Source: a virus
Lineage: Duplodnaviria; Caudoviricetes
DNA: 57,248 nucleotides
Direction: 5' to 3' (one strand)
Virus record (IMG/VR): IMGVR_UViG_3300007276_000057
Coordinates: 1 to 57,248 of that record
Under the pieces are notes generated by a model. It saw nothing but the letters and a program-made list of their open reading frames with translations, was not told the DNA's origin and did no database searches. Each line of letters opens with the position of its first letter. Positions within the stretch are counted from its first letter, which is position 1. Positions 10,431 to 20,119 of this stretch are shown here, piece by piece. Made by a program: the position numbers and the translations under genes.

Positions 10431-10618
10431 ATGATAAAATGTTAGAAATAATCAGTATATTAAACGGCACAGCCGATGATATGGATAAGATTGAAAATAA
10501 AAAATATGGCTACAAGTCCTCTGCTGTTAGAGCAAGAAAGGCTTGTCAAGAGGCCATCGCTTTACTCAAACAAATGAGAAAAGACATTCAAGATGCTAAA
10601 AACGAAGTGGAGGGATAA
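10427..10618 (+). CDS. Histone H1-like (Hc1-family) small protein
   Basis: KSSAVRARKA...LKQMRKDIQ pattern. Confidence 0.55.
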   Translation: MNDKMLEIISILNGTADDMDKIENKKYGYKSSAVRARKACQEAIALLKQMRKDIQDAKNEVEG

Positions 10619-10902
10619 TGAACTTTGAACCAACTAATCGTCACATTTTAGTAAAACCCATCGAGGAGAAGAAAGAAGAAAAAAATTCTTTAATTATGCT
10701 CCCCGATGATTATAAAAAACAAGAATCACCTTATCTGGCTTGTTCTGTCCTCGCAATAGCGAGTGACAGCAAGCTTGTTGGGTCTGTAACAGATAACGAT
10801 ACTATAATTGTTGAAAGAAGAATGCTAGAAAAAATAGAGATGAAAGGAAGAGAATTCTATTTAGTCCTAGATAATTATGTTATGGGGAGACTAACAAAAT
10901 GA
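10618..10902 (+). CDS. groES: GroES-like co-chaperonin
   Basis: FEPTNRHILVKP, IMLPD, VLAI, C-terminal YLV..NYVMG; 94 aa. Confidence 0.75.
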   Translation: MNFEPTNRHILVKPIEEKKEEKNSLIMLPDDYKKQESPYLACSVLAIASDSKLVGSVTDNDTIIVERRMLEKIEMKGREFYLVLDNYVMGRLTK

Positions 10903-11582
10903 AATTAGATGCTAAAATGATCAAAGAATTAATTAAAGAGGCGGCTGGTCCGTCTATGCTCTTAGAGGAGCCGGTTATTGCCGAGTCTTCTTTTAACCGC
11001 ATTAAAGACAAAGTGGACAACTCGGATGTTGCTTTTGTTGTAATGTCTGCTGATCGTCACGAGAAATCACGAAATGAAAATGATGCAAGAGGAAAAGAAT
11101 TGAAGTCTGCATTTCAGGCTGCTGGCTTTCCTTTCACAGAAATTGAAGGGTCTTGGCTTGAAAAAGACGAAGACGGAAACGATGTTCGTGTTATTGAGAA
11201 ATCAATTGTTGTAACCGACGAAACAAGAGGTGACGTTGAACAAGGAGAGGTCTCATTATTTGATTTAGCCAAGAACTTGAGTGGAAAGTATGAACAAGAT
11301 GCTTTTATCTTCGGAGACATTGGAAAACACACAGGCAAAAGATCAATCGATGCATACGATGCAGAAGGTAATCGTGTTGCTTATGGTGGACCTTGGACAA
11401 GTGTTGAGCCAATCGAGAAAGATGCTGACTTCTGGTCAAAAGTTCGTGGATCTACATTTGTATTCAAAGAAGAACAAGAAGAGGTTGTTGAAGTTGACGC
11501 TCCAAACTCCGTTATCGAAGCAATGATTAAGGCAGAGATGCACAAAGGCAAGAAAATTAAATTTGTGCGGAGGGATAAGTGA
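10899..11582 (+). CDS. DUF3293-like protein with N-terminal leader
   Basis: MSA..N..R..EL, EGSW.E, EKS, KYEQDAFIF; leader MKLDAKMIKELIKEA. Confidence 0.5.
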   Translation: MKLDAKMIKELIKEAAGPSMLLEEPVIAESSFNRIKDKVDNSDVAFVVMSADRHEKSRNENDARGKELKSAFQAAGFPFTEIEGSWLEKDEDGNDVRVIEKSIVVTDETRGDVEQGEVSLFDLAKNLSGKYEQDAFIFGDIGKHTGKRSIDAYDAEGNRVAYGGPWTSVEPIEKDADFWSKVRGSTFVFKEEQEEVVEVDAPNSVIEAMIKAEMHKGKKIKFVRRDK

Positions 11583-12301
11583 ACAAATATGAAAAGTCTG
11601 TTCTCTTATATGATGACGGGATTGGTCGTGTGGACTACATTAGTCATATGGGCAGTGACCTTACCGTCGTCAATTCTGCTCGCGTCAGTTTTGGTGTCGA
11701 AAAGTCTGAGTTGGATAACAGGGACAGAAAACTTATTAAGTACCTTATTAGACACAGGCACACTTCTACACTGGAGCATTGTGCTATTACCTTTAAATTT
11801 ACTGTGCCTTTATTTGTTCGTTCACAGCACCACAGACACAGAACCTGGTCGTATAATGAAATTTCTCGTCGGTATACCGACAAGGATTTACAATTTTATC
11901 TTCCAAAGGCATTCAGGACACAACACAAATCCAATAGACAAGCCTCCAACCCAGACGAATTAATTGATCCAGTTGTTCTTCATGATTTGAGCGATTATGA
12001 TCACGGTGTTAGTGCTTCCGAGGTTTTAAAAATGCAGACACAAAGGTCATTGGATACATTCCGAGATCTTTTGTCAAATGGTGTTTGCCGAGAACAAGCA
12101 AGAATGATTCTACCGCAGAATTTGTATACTGAATACTACGGAACCGTAAATGCGTCCAATTTACTTAAATTTATTGATTTGAGAACACACGAAGGAGCAC
12201 AATGGGAAATTCAAAAGACAGCAGAAGCCTGTTTGGAGATTGCAACCGATTTGTTCCCAGTTACTGTAAATTCTTATAAGGAAATAAGAGGTGGAAGCTA
12301 A
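11579..12301 (+). CDS. thyX: Flavin-dependent thymidylate synthase
   Basis: ARVSF, HTSTLEH, RHRTWSYNEISRRY, EQARMILP, AQWEI. Confidence 0.95.
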   Translation: MNKYEKSVLLYDDGIGRVDYISHMGSDLTVVNSARVSFGVEKSELDNRDRKLIKYLIRHRHTSTLEHCAITFKFTVPLFVRSQHHRHRTWSYNEISRRYTDKDLQFYLPKAFRTQHKSNRQASNPDELIDPVVLHDLSDYDHGVSASEVLKMQTQRSLDTFRDLLSNGVCREQARMILPQNLYTEYYGTVNASNLLKFIDLRTHEGAQWEIQKTAEACLEIATDLFPVTVNSYKEIRGGS

Positions 12302-12533
12302 ATTTAAAGTAGGAGACTTAGTTATGCTGAATGAATTTGGACAATTGGTTCTTGAAAACAAAACCACAATTATTGGTCTTATTACCCGTGGACCAATTAA
12401 TCTAACATATCCATTGTTTCCAGCAGCAGAGGAGAAACCTTTCTCTTTCTGGGCTTACAATGTAATGGTCGGCGATCAACTACTTACTGAAGTACCACAA
12501 GAATTTTTAAATAACTTGGTAGAAACAGACTAA
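12291..12533 (+). CDS. Small KOW/SH3-like protein
   Basis: FKVGDLV motif. Confidence 0.6.
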   Translation: MEAKFKVGDLVMLNEFGQLVLENKTTIIGLITRGPINLTYPLFPAAEEKPFSFWAYNVMVGDQLLTEVPQEFLNNLVETD

Positions 12534-12544
12534 TCAACTGGTGT

Positions 12545-13390
12545 TTGATGAAACAGGAATTTTTTTATAACAACATAATCATTGGGGGATCTCTGGAAGC
12601 ATTGCTTTATTCATTTGTTTCAGAGACCCCCATTATTATTAAAGAGCCAATTATCCCCTTTGAGTTGGAGAAAGTAACCAACTTGGTTGACTTTAAATTC
12701 TTGGGCTACGAAGGAGTAAGGGATATATACAAATCAGAATTATGGGACAGACTAACCTTTCTCTTATCTATGGGTGGTCTTGTTTTGGTTCCGAATATCG
12801 TTAAGAACATTAGAAGCGAACGAAAAGCCTTTACAATAACAACAATAGATAATTCACGAATAAAGATAAGATACAATGAAAGAATAGATTTTGATAAGAT
12901 TTCCAATTCGTCTTTGAATGTTTATGATTGGTTTCACGTTCACTCTGGAACTGTCCACCCGCATATTTTCATTGAAGACAGAAAATCTAGATTTGTTAAT
13001 AAATTGTTTTTTCACTCTCCGCGACGGATTGGGCTCAATAGAAGCCGCAAAGATGTCGTTGCTTTCTCCAAGATTAGAACAGCAGACATTGAAAGTTATG
13101 AAAGCAGCGAGAGTTATGCGAGACTTAAAGTATTGAAAATGATGAAAGACAATGGTATCCGAGGAACAGCCAATGGCTATAATAAGAGAGGACTCCAGTT
13201 ACACTATGCTGTAAAGATTGAGCACTCCCACCGAGACATAATAAAAAATTATACACCATTGCACTCAACATTAGAGATTTTAGAACAAAGAAAAAGAGAA
13301 GGTAAATTATGGAATTCCACGAAAAAACTTTTCCGTCACAAGCAAATTTCCACCTTACGGGGATTATACCAATTGCCGGACAAAGCTTAG
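12545..13390 (+). CDS. Hypothetical protein with degenerate Rossmann-like start
   Basis: NIIIGGSLEAL; 281-aa ORF. Confidence 0.55.
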   Translation: MMKQEFFYNNIIIGGSLEALLYSFVSETPIIIKEPIIPFELEKVTNLVDFKFLGYEGVRDIYKSELWDRLTFLLSMGGLVLVPNIVKNIRSERKAFTITTIDNSRIKIRYNERIDFDKISNSSLNVYDWFHVHSGTVHPHIFIEDRKSRFVNKLFFHSPRRIGLNRSRKDVVAFSKIRTADIESYESSESYARLKVLKMMKDNGIRGTANGYNKRGLQLHYAVKIEHSHRDIIKNYTPLHSTLEILEQRKREGKLWNSTKKLFRHKQISTLRGLYQLPDKA

Positions 13391-14223
13391 ATTTTGAAAT
13401 GCCCTATCCCGATTGTATGCTGCCTGTGGCTTCTAACTATACATTGTTGGAGGCAGCAGTTGTGGAGTGTGCTTTCGCAGGGTGCGATACCATTTGGATT
13501 GTTTGTAACGACGACATTGAACCTATTGTTCGCTATCGGGTTGGAGATTATATTCAGGATCCTCTTTACTTTTATAATACTCTTGGTCCCAAACCCTCGT
13601 CATTAAAGCGAAGGATACCAATCTTCTGGGCTCCGGTTCACCCCAAAGACAGAGACAGGCGAGACTGCCTATCTTGGAGTGTAATTTATGGTGCCCTCAC
13701 TGCATTTAAAGTAGCAGCAAGATTATCAACTTGGATGATCCCAGACAAATATTATGTCTCCTTTCCTTATGGAATCTTTGATCCAAGGTTTCTCGACAAG
13801 AAGCGAAAACTTATCAAGACACAAAAAAACTTTTATGTATCATATCACGGAAAGACCGTCCAAGATAATCAGTATACCTCTTTTACATTCGGCAAGGAAG
13901 AGTTTGTTCAATACAGAAGGAATGTAAGAAAAGGAACAGGTAAATATAGAAGTGTTCCAGACTCTACAAAAGCAATCCCAGTTGAGCCACTACCAATAGA
14001 AGAAAGATGGAGTGCTCGCAATTTTGAATTAAAGGATGTTTTTCAAGATTTGGATTTAGAAAATGCCACAATTCACGAACCAAGGCAGTTCTCAAATGTA
14101 AGCTCTTGGGAACAATACAGAGATTTCATGAAAACCGAATTAGCACATACAATTAAGAGACCAACAAAGAGCCTGTTCAAGTATAGCGAATTTAATCGCA
14201 TTGCAACTGATATTGGAGAATAA
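13309..14223 (+). CDS. NTP-transferase (sugar-nucleotidyltransferase)-fold protein
   Basis: GIIPIAG...PDCMLPV...AGCDTIWIV. Confidence 0.6.
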   Translation: MEFHEKTFPSQANFHLTGIIPIAGQSLDFEMPYPDCMLPVASNYTLLEAAVVECAFAGCDTIWIVCNDDIEPIVRYRVGDYIQDPLYFYNTLGPKPSSLKRRIPIFWAPVHPKDRDRRDCLSWSVIYGALTAFKVAARLSTWMIPDKYYVSFPYGIFDPRFLDKKRKLIKTQKNFYVSYHGKTVQDNQYTSFTFGKEEFVQYRRNVRKGTGKYRSVPDSTKAIPVEPLPIEERWSARNFELKDVFQDLDLENATIHEPRQFSNVSSWEQYRDFMKTELAHTIKRPTKSLFKYSEFNRIATDIGE

Positions 14224-14224
14224 A

Positions 14225-14422
14225 ATGAAAGAAGAGAAATATAGTATAAAGACAGGCGACAATGACCCTGGTGTGCTCTACTTAGAATTAAGCGACCTCT
14301 CCGAAGCCTCAATTCAGATTTGGGAAGAGGAAGGTGAAAAGAAAGCCTTTGTTAGAATTAAACTTTCAAAGGAAGAACTGGAGAAAATTGTAAATGAGTA
14401 TAAGCACATTCAAACTCTATAA
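14225..14422 (+). CDS. Hypothetical protein
   Basis: GGAG RBS, ATG at 14225. Confidence 0.6.
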   Translation: MKEEKYSIKTGDNDPGVLYLELSDLSEASIQIWEEEGEKKAFVRIKLSKEELEKIVNEYKHIQTL

Positions 14423-15035
14423 GAAACTCTCCAACGAGTTGAAGTTCAAATATTCAGAATTAGATTATGTCGATCAAGCCTGTGTTGAGGGTAACATGGA
14501 GTTTGAAACACATTATAGGGATTTTTGCACTAAGCATAATATCTCAATTGCTGATCTCGAAGCGCAACAACCAGAAAAAGTAAAGCAGTTTTCTAATAAG
14601 CCCACAGTCACTAAAGAACAGAAAGAGGAAGATGTTAAAGCAGAACTAACAGACGAACAGGTTCGCAAGAAAAAGATCTTTCAAAGAATATTTCGCGGCA
14701 TCGCCAAGAAGATCCACCCAGATAAGTTTTCCAATATGGAGCAAACCCCTGATGTTTTAAAGAAACAAGAGATGTTCAAGCAGGCTTCCGAAGCACTTGA
14801 TAATGAAAAGTGGGGACAGTTGCTGGAGATAGCAGAAGAGCTAGATATTCACCCGCAGAAGTATGAAAAGGTAAATGAATTGCTTCGTGAAGAGATCTCT
14901 GATGTTAATAAAAAGATCGTCGCAAAACAAAAGTCATTTGGCTGGCATATGACTGAAGCCGAGACAGAAGAAGAGAAAGATAAAGTTATTATTTCTTTTC
15001 TTAAAACATTGTTTAATTATACATTTAAACCTTGA
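14394..15035 (+). CDS. J-domain (DnaJ-like) protein
   Basis: IFRGIAKKIHPDKF...MFKQASEA. Confidence 0.75.
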   Translation: MSISTFKLYKKLSNELKFKYSELDYVDQACVEGNMEFETHYRDFCTKHNISIADLEAQQPEKVKQFSNKPTVTKEQKEEDVKAELTDEQVRKKKIFQRIFRGIAKKIHPDKFSNMEQTPDVLKKQEMFKQASEALDNEKWGQLLEIAEELDIHPQKYEKVNELLREEISDVNKKIVAKQKSFGWHMTEAETEEEKDKVIISFLKTLFNYTFKP

Positions 15036-15059
15036 CAATTAATAATTATAAGTTATAAT
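15032..15059 (+). promoter_or_regulatory. sigma70-type promoter
   Basis: TTGACA-16-TATAAT. Confidence 0.75.
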
Positions 15060-15076
15060 ATTAACAAAGGTGAAAC

Positions 15077-15649
15077 ATGAAAAACGAATTCGTAATCTTC
15101 ACCGGACCTATGTTCGGTGGAAAAACTACAAGATTGCTTAGTGCAATTGAAAGATACAGATTGAGACAAAAGAAAGTCTTTACCTTTAAGCCTCTGAGGG
15201 ATACTCGTTATGATCCCGAAGGGCAGTCTATTGTGACACATAGAGGCTACGAAATGAACTCTGTACCCATTGTAGCAGCAGAAGAGATATACCTACACCT
15301 TGAGAAACGACAAGCGAAAACCGGTGTTATAGCACTTGATGAAGCCTTTATGGTTGATGGAGCAGCAGAGGTCTTAATAAGTTTATTTAAGTCTGGATAT
15401 ACCGTTTTAATTTCGTCCTTGCAACTTTCCTCTGATTTGAAGCCTTTTGAAGAGATTACTAAAATGCTACCTTGGGCAACTAGAGTGGAAGTTTGTCCTG
15501 CCGTGTGTACGATATGCGGTGCTGATGCTTACTATACTTATAAGAAGGACGGCATTTTTAATGGCGAAATAGAGGTTGGCGGTAAAGATAAATATGAACC
15601 GAGATGCAGTGTGCATCATTCTTGCGATATGAAAGCTTTGGGGGCTTAA
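15077..15649 (+). CDS. tdk: Thymidine kinase
   Basis: GPMFGGKTT, DTRY, LDEA, CTICG, IEVGG..YEPRC. Confidence 0.93.
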   Translation: MKNEFVIFTGPMFGGKTTRLLSAIERYRLRQKKVFTFKPLRDTRYDPEGQSIVTHRGYEMNSVPIVAAEEIYLHLEKRQAKTGVIALDEAFMVDGAAEVLISLFKSGYTVLISSLQLSSDLKPFEEITKMLPWATRVEVCPAVCTICGADAYYTYKKDGIFNGEIEVGGKDKYEPRCSVHHSCDMKALGA

Positions 15650-15996
15650 TGGATTATAGATTAGTAGTTGGATTTTTATTATTTATGATAGCACAGACTG
15701 TGGCTTGGTATCAACTTAATAGTCAATTTGTATGGGATTACTGGAAAGATAAGGCTCTTTTGGCTTCGTTGGTATTTTCTGTGCCTGTTTCATTAATGTT
15801 TTGGTATGGTACAAGATTTGTATATGATGCTTCCGATGCTCTTTGGACTTGTCGTTTTTTAGCATTCTCAAGTGGAATGATAATATTTCCAATTTTAACA
15901 TGGATTCATTTACATGAGAGCCCCTTTTCTATTAAAACCATGTTATGCTTAGGCTTGGCTTGTCTTATAATAGCCATACAGGTGTTCATGAAATGA
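15649..15996 (+). CDS. Four-TM membrane protein (DMT/SMR-like)
   Basis: Four hydrophobic helices with HE before the last TM. Confidence 0.55.
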   Translation: MDYRLVVGFLLFMIAQTVAWYQLNSQFVWDYWKDKALLASLVFSVPVSLMFWYGTRFVYDASDALWTCRFLAFSSGMIIFPILTWIHLHESPFSIKTMLCLGLACLIIAIQVFMK

Positions 15997-16685
15997 AAGA
16001 AGATTACACCAGATTAATTATTTCAGATATACACATGGGCTCTTTACACTCAAAAGAATCTAAATTACAAAAACTACTCAACACAGTAGACTTTGATGAA
16101 ATAGTTCTTGCTGGTGATATCATTGACTTCATACGAGTTCCGACATTCACAGAACATACAGCCGAATTGTTCCAAACAATCTCAAATTTAAACCGAGACA
16201 ATAAGAGAGTTATTTACATTGTTGGGAATCACGACATTGCTTTTAATAAGTTTGTAGGCAAAACTGTCGGCGGTATTGAGTTTATGGAAGAATATGAGTT
16301 TGACTATGCAGGTCGCCACTACCGAGTAGAGCACGGAGATAAATACGAAAAAGGTATAGTCCATTGGAAATTCACCATGAACATTGTTTCTATCTTTCAT
16401 GATCTCTTGGAGAGAGTATTCAAGTGGAATCTTGCCGCTTGGTTTGTGAGACAACAACAAAAGAAAAGAAAACTCAGAAGAGTGTGGGACATAATGAAAC
16501 TTAACAAAGGTGCAGATGTATTTATTATGGGACATACACATATCCCAGAAGTTGTTATTTGGGTTGACGAGATGGAAAAGATTAAAACCTATGCAAACAT
16601 AGGTGACTGGGTTGAGCACTCTACTTATATTCTAATTAAAGACGGACAACTTCGTCTAAAAACATTTGAACCGGAGGAGAAATGA
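15993..16685 (+). CDS. Calcineurin-like metallophosphoesterase (LpxH-like)
   Basis: SDIHMG, GDIID, GNHD, HGD, GHTH, NIGDW. Confidence 0.88.
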   Translation: MKEDYTRLIISDIHMGSLHSKESKLQKLLNTVDFDEIVLAGDIIDFIRVPTFTEHTAELFQTISNLNRDNKRVIYIVGNHDIAFNKFVGKTVGGIEFMEEYEFDYAGRHYRVEHGDKYEKGIVHWKFTMNIVSIFHDLLERVFKWNLAAWFVRQQQKKRKLRRVWDIMKLNKGADVFIMGHTHIPEVVIWVDEMEKIKTYANIGDWVEHSTYILIKDGQLRLKTFEPEEK

Positions 16686-16951
16686 AAAAACTTGATTTAC
16701 ATGGGAAGCGACACGATTCTGTTGAGACAGAAGTAGTAAATTTTATTTTAATGAATGACCTCCCAGTTGAAGTTGTTACTGGAAATTCTCAAAAAATGAG
16801 AAGTATTGTTGCGAAAGCAGCAAACAAACACGGACTCGCTGTTTATCCTAAAGGACTAAACAACCATGGTTCGTTTATAATTGTAGAGAAAACTGATTAT
16901 TGTTTTGTGTGTGGATGTGATCCATGCGATTGTCACTGGGGGAATTACTAA
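16682..16951 (+). CDS. Smr-domain protein
   Basis: LDLHG, VVTGNS, NHG; Cys-rich tail CFVCGCDPCDC. Confidence 0.7.
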   Translation: MKKLDLHGKRHDSVETEVVNFILMNDLPVEVVTGNSQKMRSIVAKAANKHGLAVYPKGLNNHGSFIIVEKTDYCFVCGCDPCDCHWGNY

Positions 16952-17271
16952 TGCCTAAAAAGAAAATGGATAAGAAGTCTGGTATTGGCGTATTAGATAA
17001 GCAAAAAAACAAACTTGAACCACCAAAGAAATTTAAAGTGGTACTTTATAACGATGATTACACCTCGATGGATTTTGTTGTTGCGATTTTGGAAAAGATA
17101 TTTCGTAGATCAAAAGCAGACGCAACCGCCATTATGATGAATGTACACAACTCAGGCAGAGGCATTGCTGGTGTCTATAGTAGAGAGATCGCCGAGACAA
17201 AAGTTGGTCAAGTAAAAGCAACTGCAACCGCCTATAAAGTACCTCTACTTGCCGAAGCGGAACCAGAGTAA
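16951..17271 (+). CDS. clpS: Clp protease adaptor ClpS
   Basis: VVLYNDDYTSMDFVV, MMNVHNSG, EIAETK. Confidence 0.95.
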   Translation: MPKKKMDKKSGIGVLDKQKNKLEPPKKFKVVLYNDDYTSMDFVVAILEKIFRRSKADATAIMMNVHNSGRGIAGVYSREIAETKVGQVKATATAYKVPLLAEAEPE

Positions 17272-17283
17272 TACTTATTATGT

Positions 17284-17544
17284 ATGTGGCACCAAGAAGA
17301 CGCTAAATTTAAGATAGGCGACCTGGTAAGAGTCTTAGAAGATATCAATTTTATTGCTTATAAACTTGATGTTTCCAAAGGCGATATTGGTCTTGTTGTC
17401 GGTATTGATTATGATCATGAGATACTTTCTATATGGGGAATAGATTACATTGTTCTTATAAGAGGACAGACTTTGATCTTTTTTGATAGCGAACTAGAAT
17501 TGATATCGCCGAAAGAAGAGGATAATACTGAACTACAAGACTAG
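17284..17544 (+). CDS. Small KOW/SH3-like protein
   Basis: FKIGDLV..GDIGLV..FFDSELELI; paralog of the next gene. Confidence 0.65.
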   Translation: MWHQEDAKFKIGDLVRVLEDINFIAYKLDVSKGDIGLVVGIDYDHEILSIWGIDYIVLIRGQTLIFFDSELELISPKEEDNTELQD

Positions 17545-17563
17545 GTATTTTAGAGGATACCGC

Positions 17564-17800
17564 GTGTTTGGAGAAAGAAATTACAATATTGGAGACTTAG
17601 TGATCAACAAAATGCCGATAGAACTGACATTTGATGATCACATTATAGAGCCAGGAGAGATTGGACTTATTATCCGCCTGGTAAAGTACCATGATTGGCT
17701 GACTGGTGAATATGATTATCTTGTTTTGGTTCAAGGTAGAGAAGTTTTTTTCTTCGATCATGAATTGGAACTCTATAATTCAGACCAGGATATAAAATGA
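17564..17800 (+). CDS. Small KOW/SH3-like protein
   Basis: YNIGDLV..GEIGLI..FFDHELEL. Confidence 0.65.
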   Translation: MFGERNYNIGDLVINKMPIELTFDDHIIEPGEIGLIIRLVKYHDWLTGEYDYLVLVQGREVFFFDHELELYNSDQDIK

Positions 17801-17991
17801 ATATAACTTTTTCCTTTCAGGGTACGACGCTGATATGTATTAGTGACTTCGCCTTTTTTCAAAAGGGAGGGCGATATTACTGCACACACGATACCGGGGA
17901 TTTTTTCTATGTTTGGTGTCCACACGCAAGGCTACCAGTAAATGAAATCAAACTCTCCAAAGAATCCAAGCAGCACTTCCGAAGAGCCTGA
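17797..17991 (+). CDS. Hypothetical protein
   Basis: ATGA overlap, AGGA RBS. Confidence 0.5.
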   Translation: MNITFSFQGTTLICISDFAFFQKGGRYYCTHDTGDFFYVWCPHARLPVNEIKLSKESKQHFRRA

Positions 17992-18211
17992 ATTTAATAT
18001 CGGCGACTTAGTTTGTTATCTCTATCGTGATTTTTCTGATAGAGAGCCAGATATTGGTCTTATCACAGCGGTGGTAAAAGTTGATATACAACTTCCCGAA
18101 GAGGCAGAATTTTTAGATCATTTTTATGAATACGATGTTCTTTGGGCACGAAGGGGATATACTTCAATTATGTTTGAGATGTTTATAGAAAAATATGAAT
18201 ATGAAAAATAA
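17942..18211 (+). CDS. Small KOW/SH3-like protein
   Basis: FNIGDLV..IGLI..VLW; start uncertain. Confidence 0.6.
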   Translation: MKSNSPKNPSSTSEEPEFNIGDLVCYLYRDFSDREPDIGLITAVVKVDIQLPEEAEFLDHFYEYDVLWARRGYTSIMFEMFIEKYEYEK

Positions 18212-18228
18212 ACTTTTCTATTTACAGT

Positions 18229-18462
18229 GTGGATAAAACGGGTTATAATAGTTTAGAGGTTGGTGATTTAGTAATTTATGCTCCTTACTTTGAGGGTGAG
18301 GGGGCTTGGGTGATGAGTGGCGACCTTGGAATTGCCTTGGAAGTAAGGACAATAGATAATATGCAAATAGTCAGAGTTAAGTGGCTAAATCCAGAAATGG
18401 AAGAAAACGATATGGCCGCAGATGTTTTAGTAAAAGTGGAGAACAAAGATGAAAATAAATAA
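18229..18462 (+). CDS. Small KOW/SH3-like protein
   Basis: LEVGDLV..LGI..VKW. Confidence 0.6.
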   Translation: MDKTGYNSLEVGDLVIYAPYFEGEGAWVMSGDLGIALEVRTIDNMQIVRVKWLNPEMEENDMAADVLVKVENKDENK

Positions 18463-19438
18463 ATCTGATTTAAAACGAATGATAAAAGAAGAACTCATCG
18501 CAGTATTGGGCGAAGGCGGCAATATCTTTAAAGGCGAAACCGCTAGAATACCTTTAGAATACATCGAGCCAACACTTGACAAATACAGAGACGAGTTGGT
18601 TAAATTGTTTCCAAAACAAGAACAACAGTTTGCCGAGTTCAACCCTGTGGGTAGTGTAGGAAAGAAAGCATACTCTGGCGATATTGATGTAGCCTTTGAT
18701 GTGAAGTCATTCTTTCCCGATGGTGTTGTTGATGCTAATGATTTTGCCGCTTGGAATGTAGATCCCGAAGAATGGGAAGCCAAGTATAGCCAAATTAAAA
18801 AGAGAGCAAGAACAGCAACAGAGGAAATGTCCAAGTGGAAAGCATTCCTTTCGTTGATCGCCAAATATATTAACGAGAATTCAGACATTATAAAAGTCGC
18901 TGAGAAGAAAACCAAGTTCTCAAATATCTTTACTTTGTTTCCGCAGTATAGCCCCGAAGGTGATCAAATGGATATTGGTGTCCAAATTGATTGGATGGTC
19001 GGCAACCTTAAGTGGTTGAAGTTTGCTTATTATTCCGATGCTCCCGTTGAGAACCTAAAAGGATTACACAGAACTCAGTTGTTATTGTCTATGTTTAACT
19101 CTAAGGGCTACTCCTTTGTTCACGGAATGGGTGTTAGAAATAAAGAGACGGGCGAATACATTGTTCGTGATGTTGATGATGCTCTTGAGTTGCTCGGCAA
19201 CCTTTATGGCTCACCAATTGACGAAGAACAAACAAAGAAATATTATTCTTTATACAATTATTTAGTAAAAAATTCAAACCCAGAGACCTATCAAGAAACA
19301 ATGGATACCTATATAAAGATTCTGGATAGCACAAGAGCAGATATTCCCTTGAATCTTCAAGATTATTGGAGAAAGAATAAGGCCCGTCTTGGGCTTACCG
19401 GAAGGTATTTACCGGATTCCTCCAATCTTAAAAACTAG
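18449..19438 (+). CDS. Pol-beta superfamily nucleotidyltransferase with N-terminal leader
   Basis: GSVGKKAYSGDIDV (hGS..DxD) and third Asp in VQIDWM; leader MKINKSDLKRMIKEELIAVLGE. Confidence 0.7.
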   Translation: MKINKSDLKRMIKEELIAVLGEGGNIFKGETARIPLEYIEPTLDKYRDELVKLFPKQEQQFAEFNPVGSVGKKAYSGDIDVAFDVKSFFPDGVVDANDFAAWNVDPEEWEAKYSQIKKRARTATEEMSKWKAFLSLIAKYINENSDIIKVAEKKTKFSNIFTLFPQYSPEGDQMDIGVQIDWMVGNLKWLKFAYYSDAPVENLKGLHRTQLLLSMFNSKGYSFVHGMGVRNKETGEYIVRDVDDALELLGNLYGSPIDEEQTKKYYSLYNYLVKNSNPETYQETMDTYIKILDSTRADIPLNLQDYWRKNKARLGLTGRYLPDSSNLKN

Positions 19439-19557
19439 CGATAAGCCAGTTACAAGCTGCAATGTGCATCGAAAGTGTTCACCGCGACATTAAAATAAAA
19501 GAGAACGATGTACACAAAAACTACTTAAACACAGCACAGCGAAGCGAATCTACCATT

Positions 19558-19586
19558 AACCATCAGACTACTCTGGTGGTTTTTTT
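19558..19586 (+). terminator. Rho-independent terminator
   Basis: AACCATCAGA/TCTGGTGGTT stem plus T run. Confidence 0.75.
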
Positions 19587-19609
19587 ATTAAAAAAGTAAT
19601 ACATTTGTG

Positions 19610-19637
19610 TTGACAATGTTATACAACATGTTATAAT
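19610..19637 (+). promoter_or_regulatory. sigma70-type promoter
   Basis: TTGACA-16-TATAAT with TG. Confidence 0.8.
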
Positions 19638-19668
19638 ATACTTGTCCTGATCAAAATAGGAGGGTATC

Positions 19669-20097
19669 ATGACAATTTACACTGTTGTAAAAACTATGCA
19701 CGTTGACGACTATAAGAGACCATCAACCGACACACAAGCAGTAATAACAACTGCCGACTATAACGATGCTGTAACTGTTGCAGCAAACACTTGGCTAGAA
19801 GAATTCCACAGTGACTTTGTGTATGATAGCACAAGCGATTCGGGATTTATCAATGAATTGCAAGAACTGCTTGCCGATGAGCCTTCAGCAGAAACCATTG
19901 TTGATTTCTTTCAAGACAACCACAGTCAGATTTGGGAGCCTGAATTTATCTATGATGCTTGGTTTAGTGTTAGTATTCAACAAACTGAATCGCAAGAAGT
20001 CACCGGTTTAAATACTGATGTTATTAAAGAACTAATGACAACCAATGATTTTCATACGAGGGAAAACATTGAAAAAACAACCAGTATGATCAACTAA
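19669..20097 (+). CDS. Hypothetical acidic protein
   Basis: AGGAGG RBS, own promoter. Confidence 0.7.
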   Translation: MTIYTVVKTMHVDDYKRPSTDTQAVITTADYNDAVTVAANTWLEEFHSDFVYDSTSDSGFINELQELLADEPSAETIVDFFQDNHSQIWEPEFIYDAWFSVSIQQTESQEVTGLNTDVIKELMTTNDFHTRENIEKTTSMIN

Positions 20098-20119
20098 GCC
20101 AACAATTGACGGAGATAAC

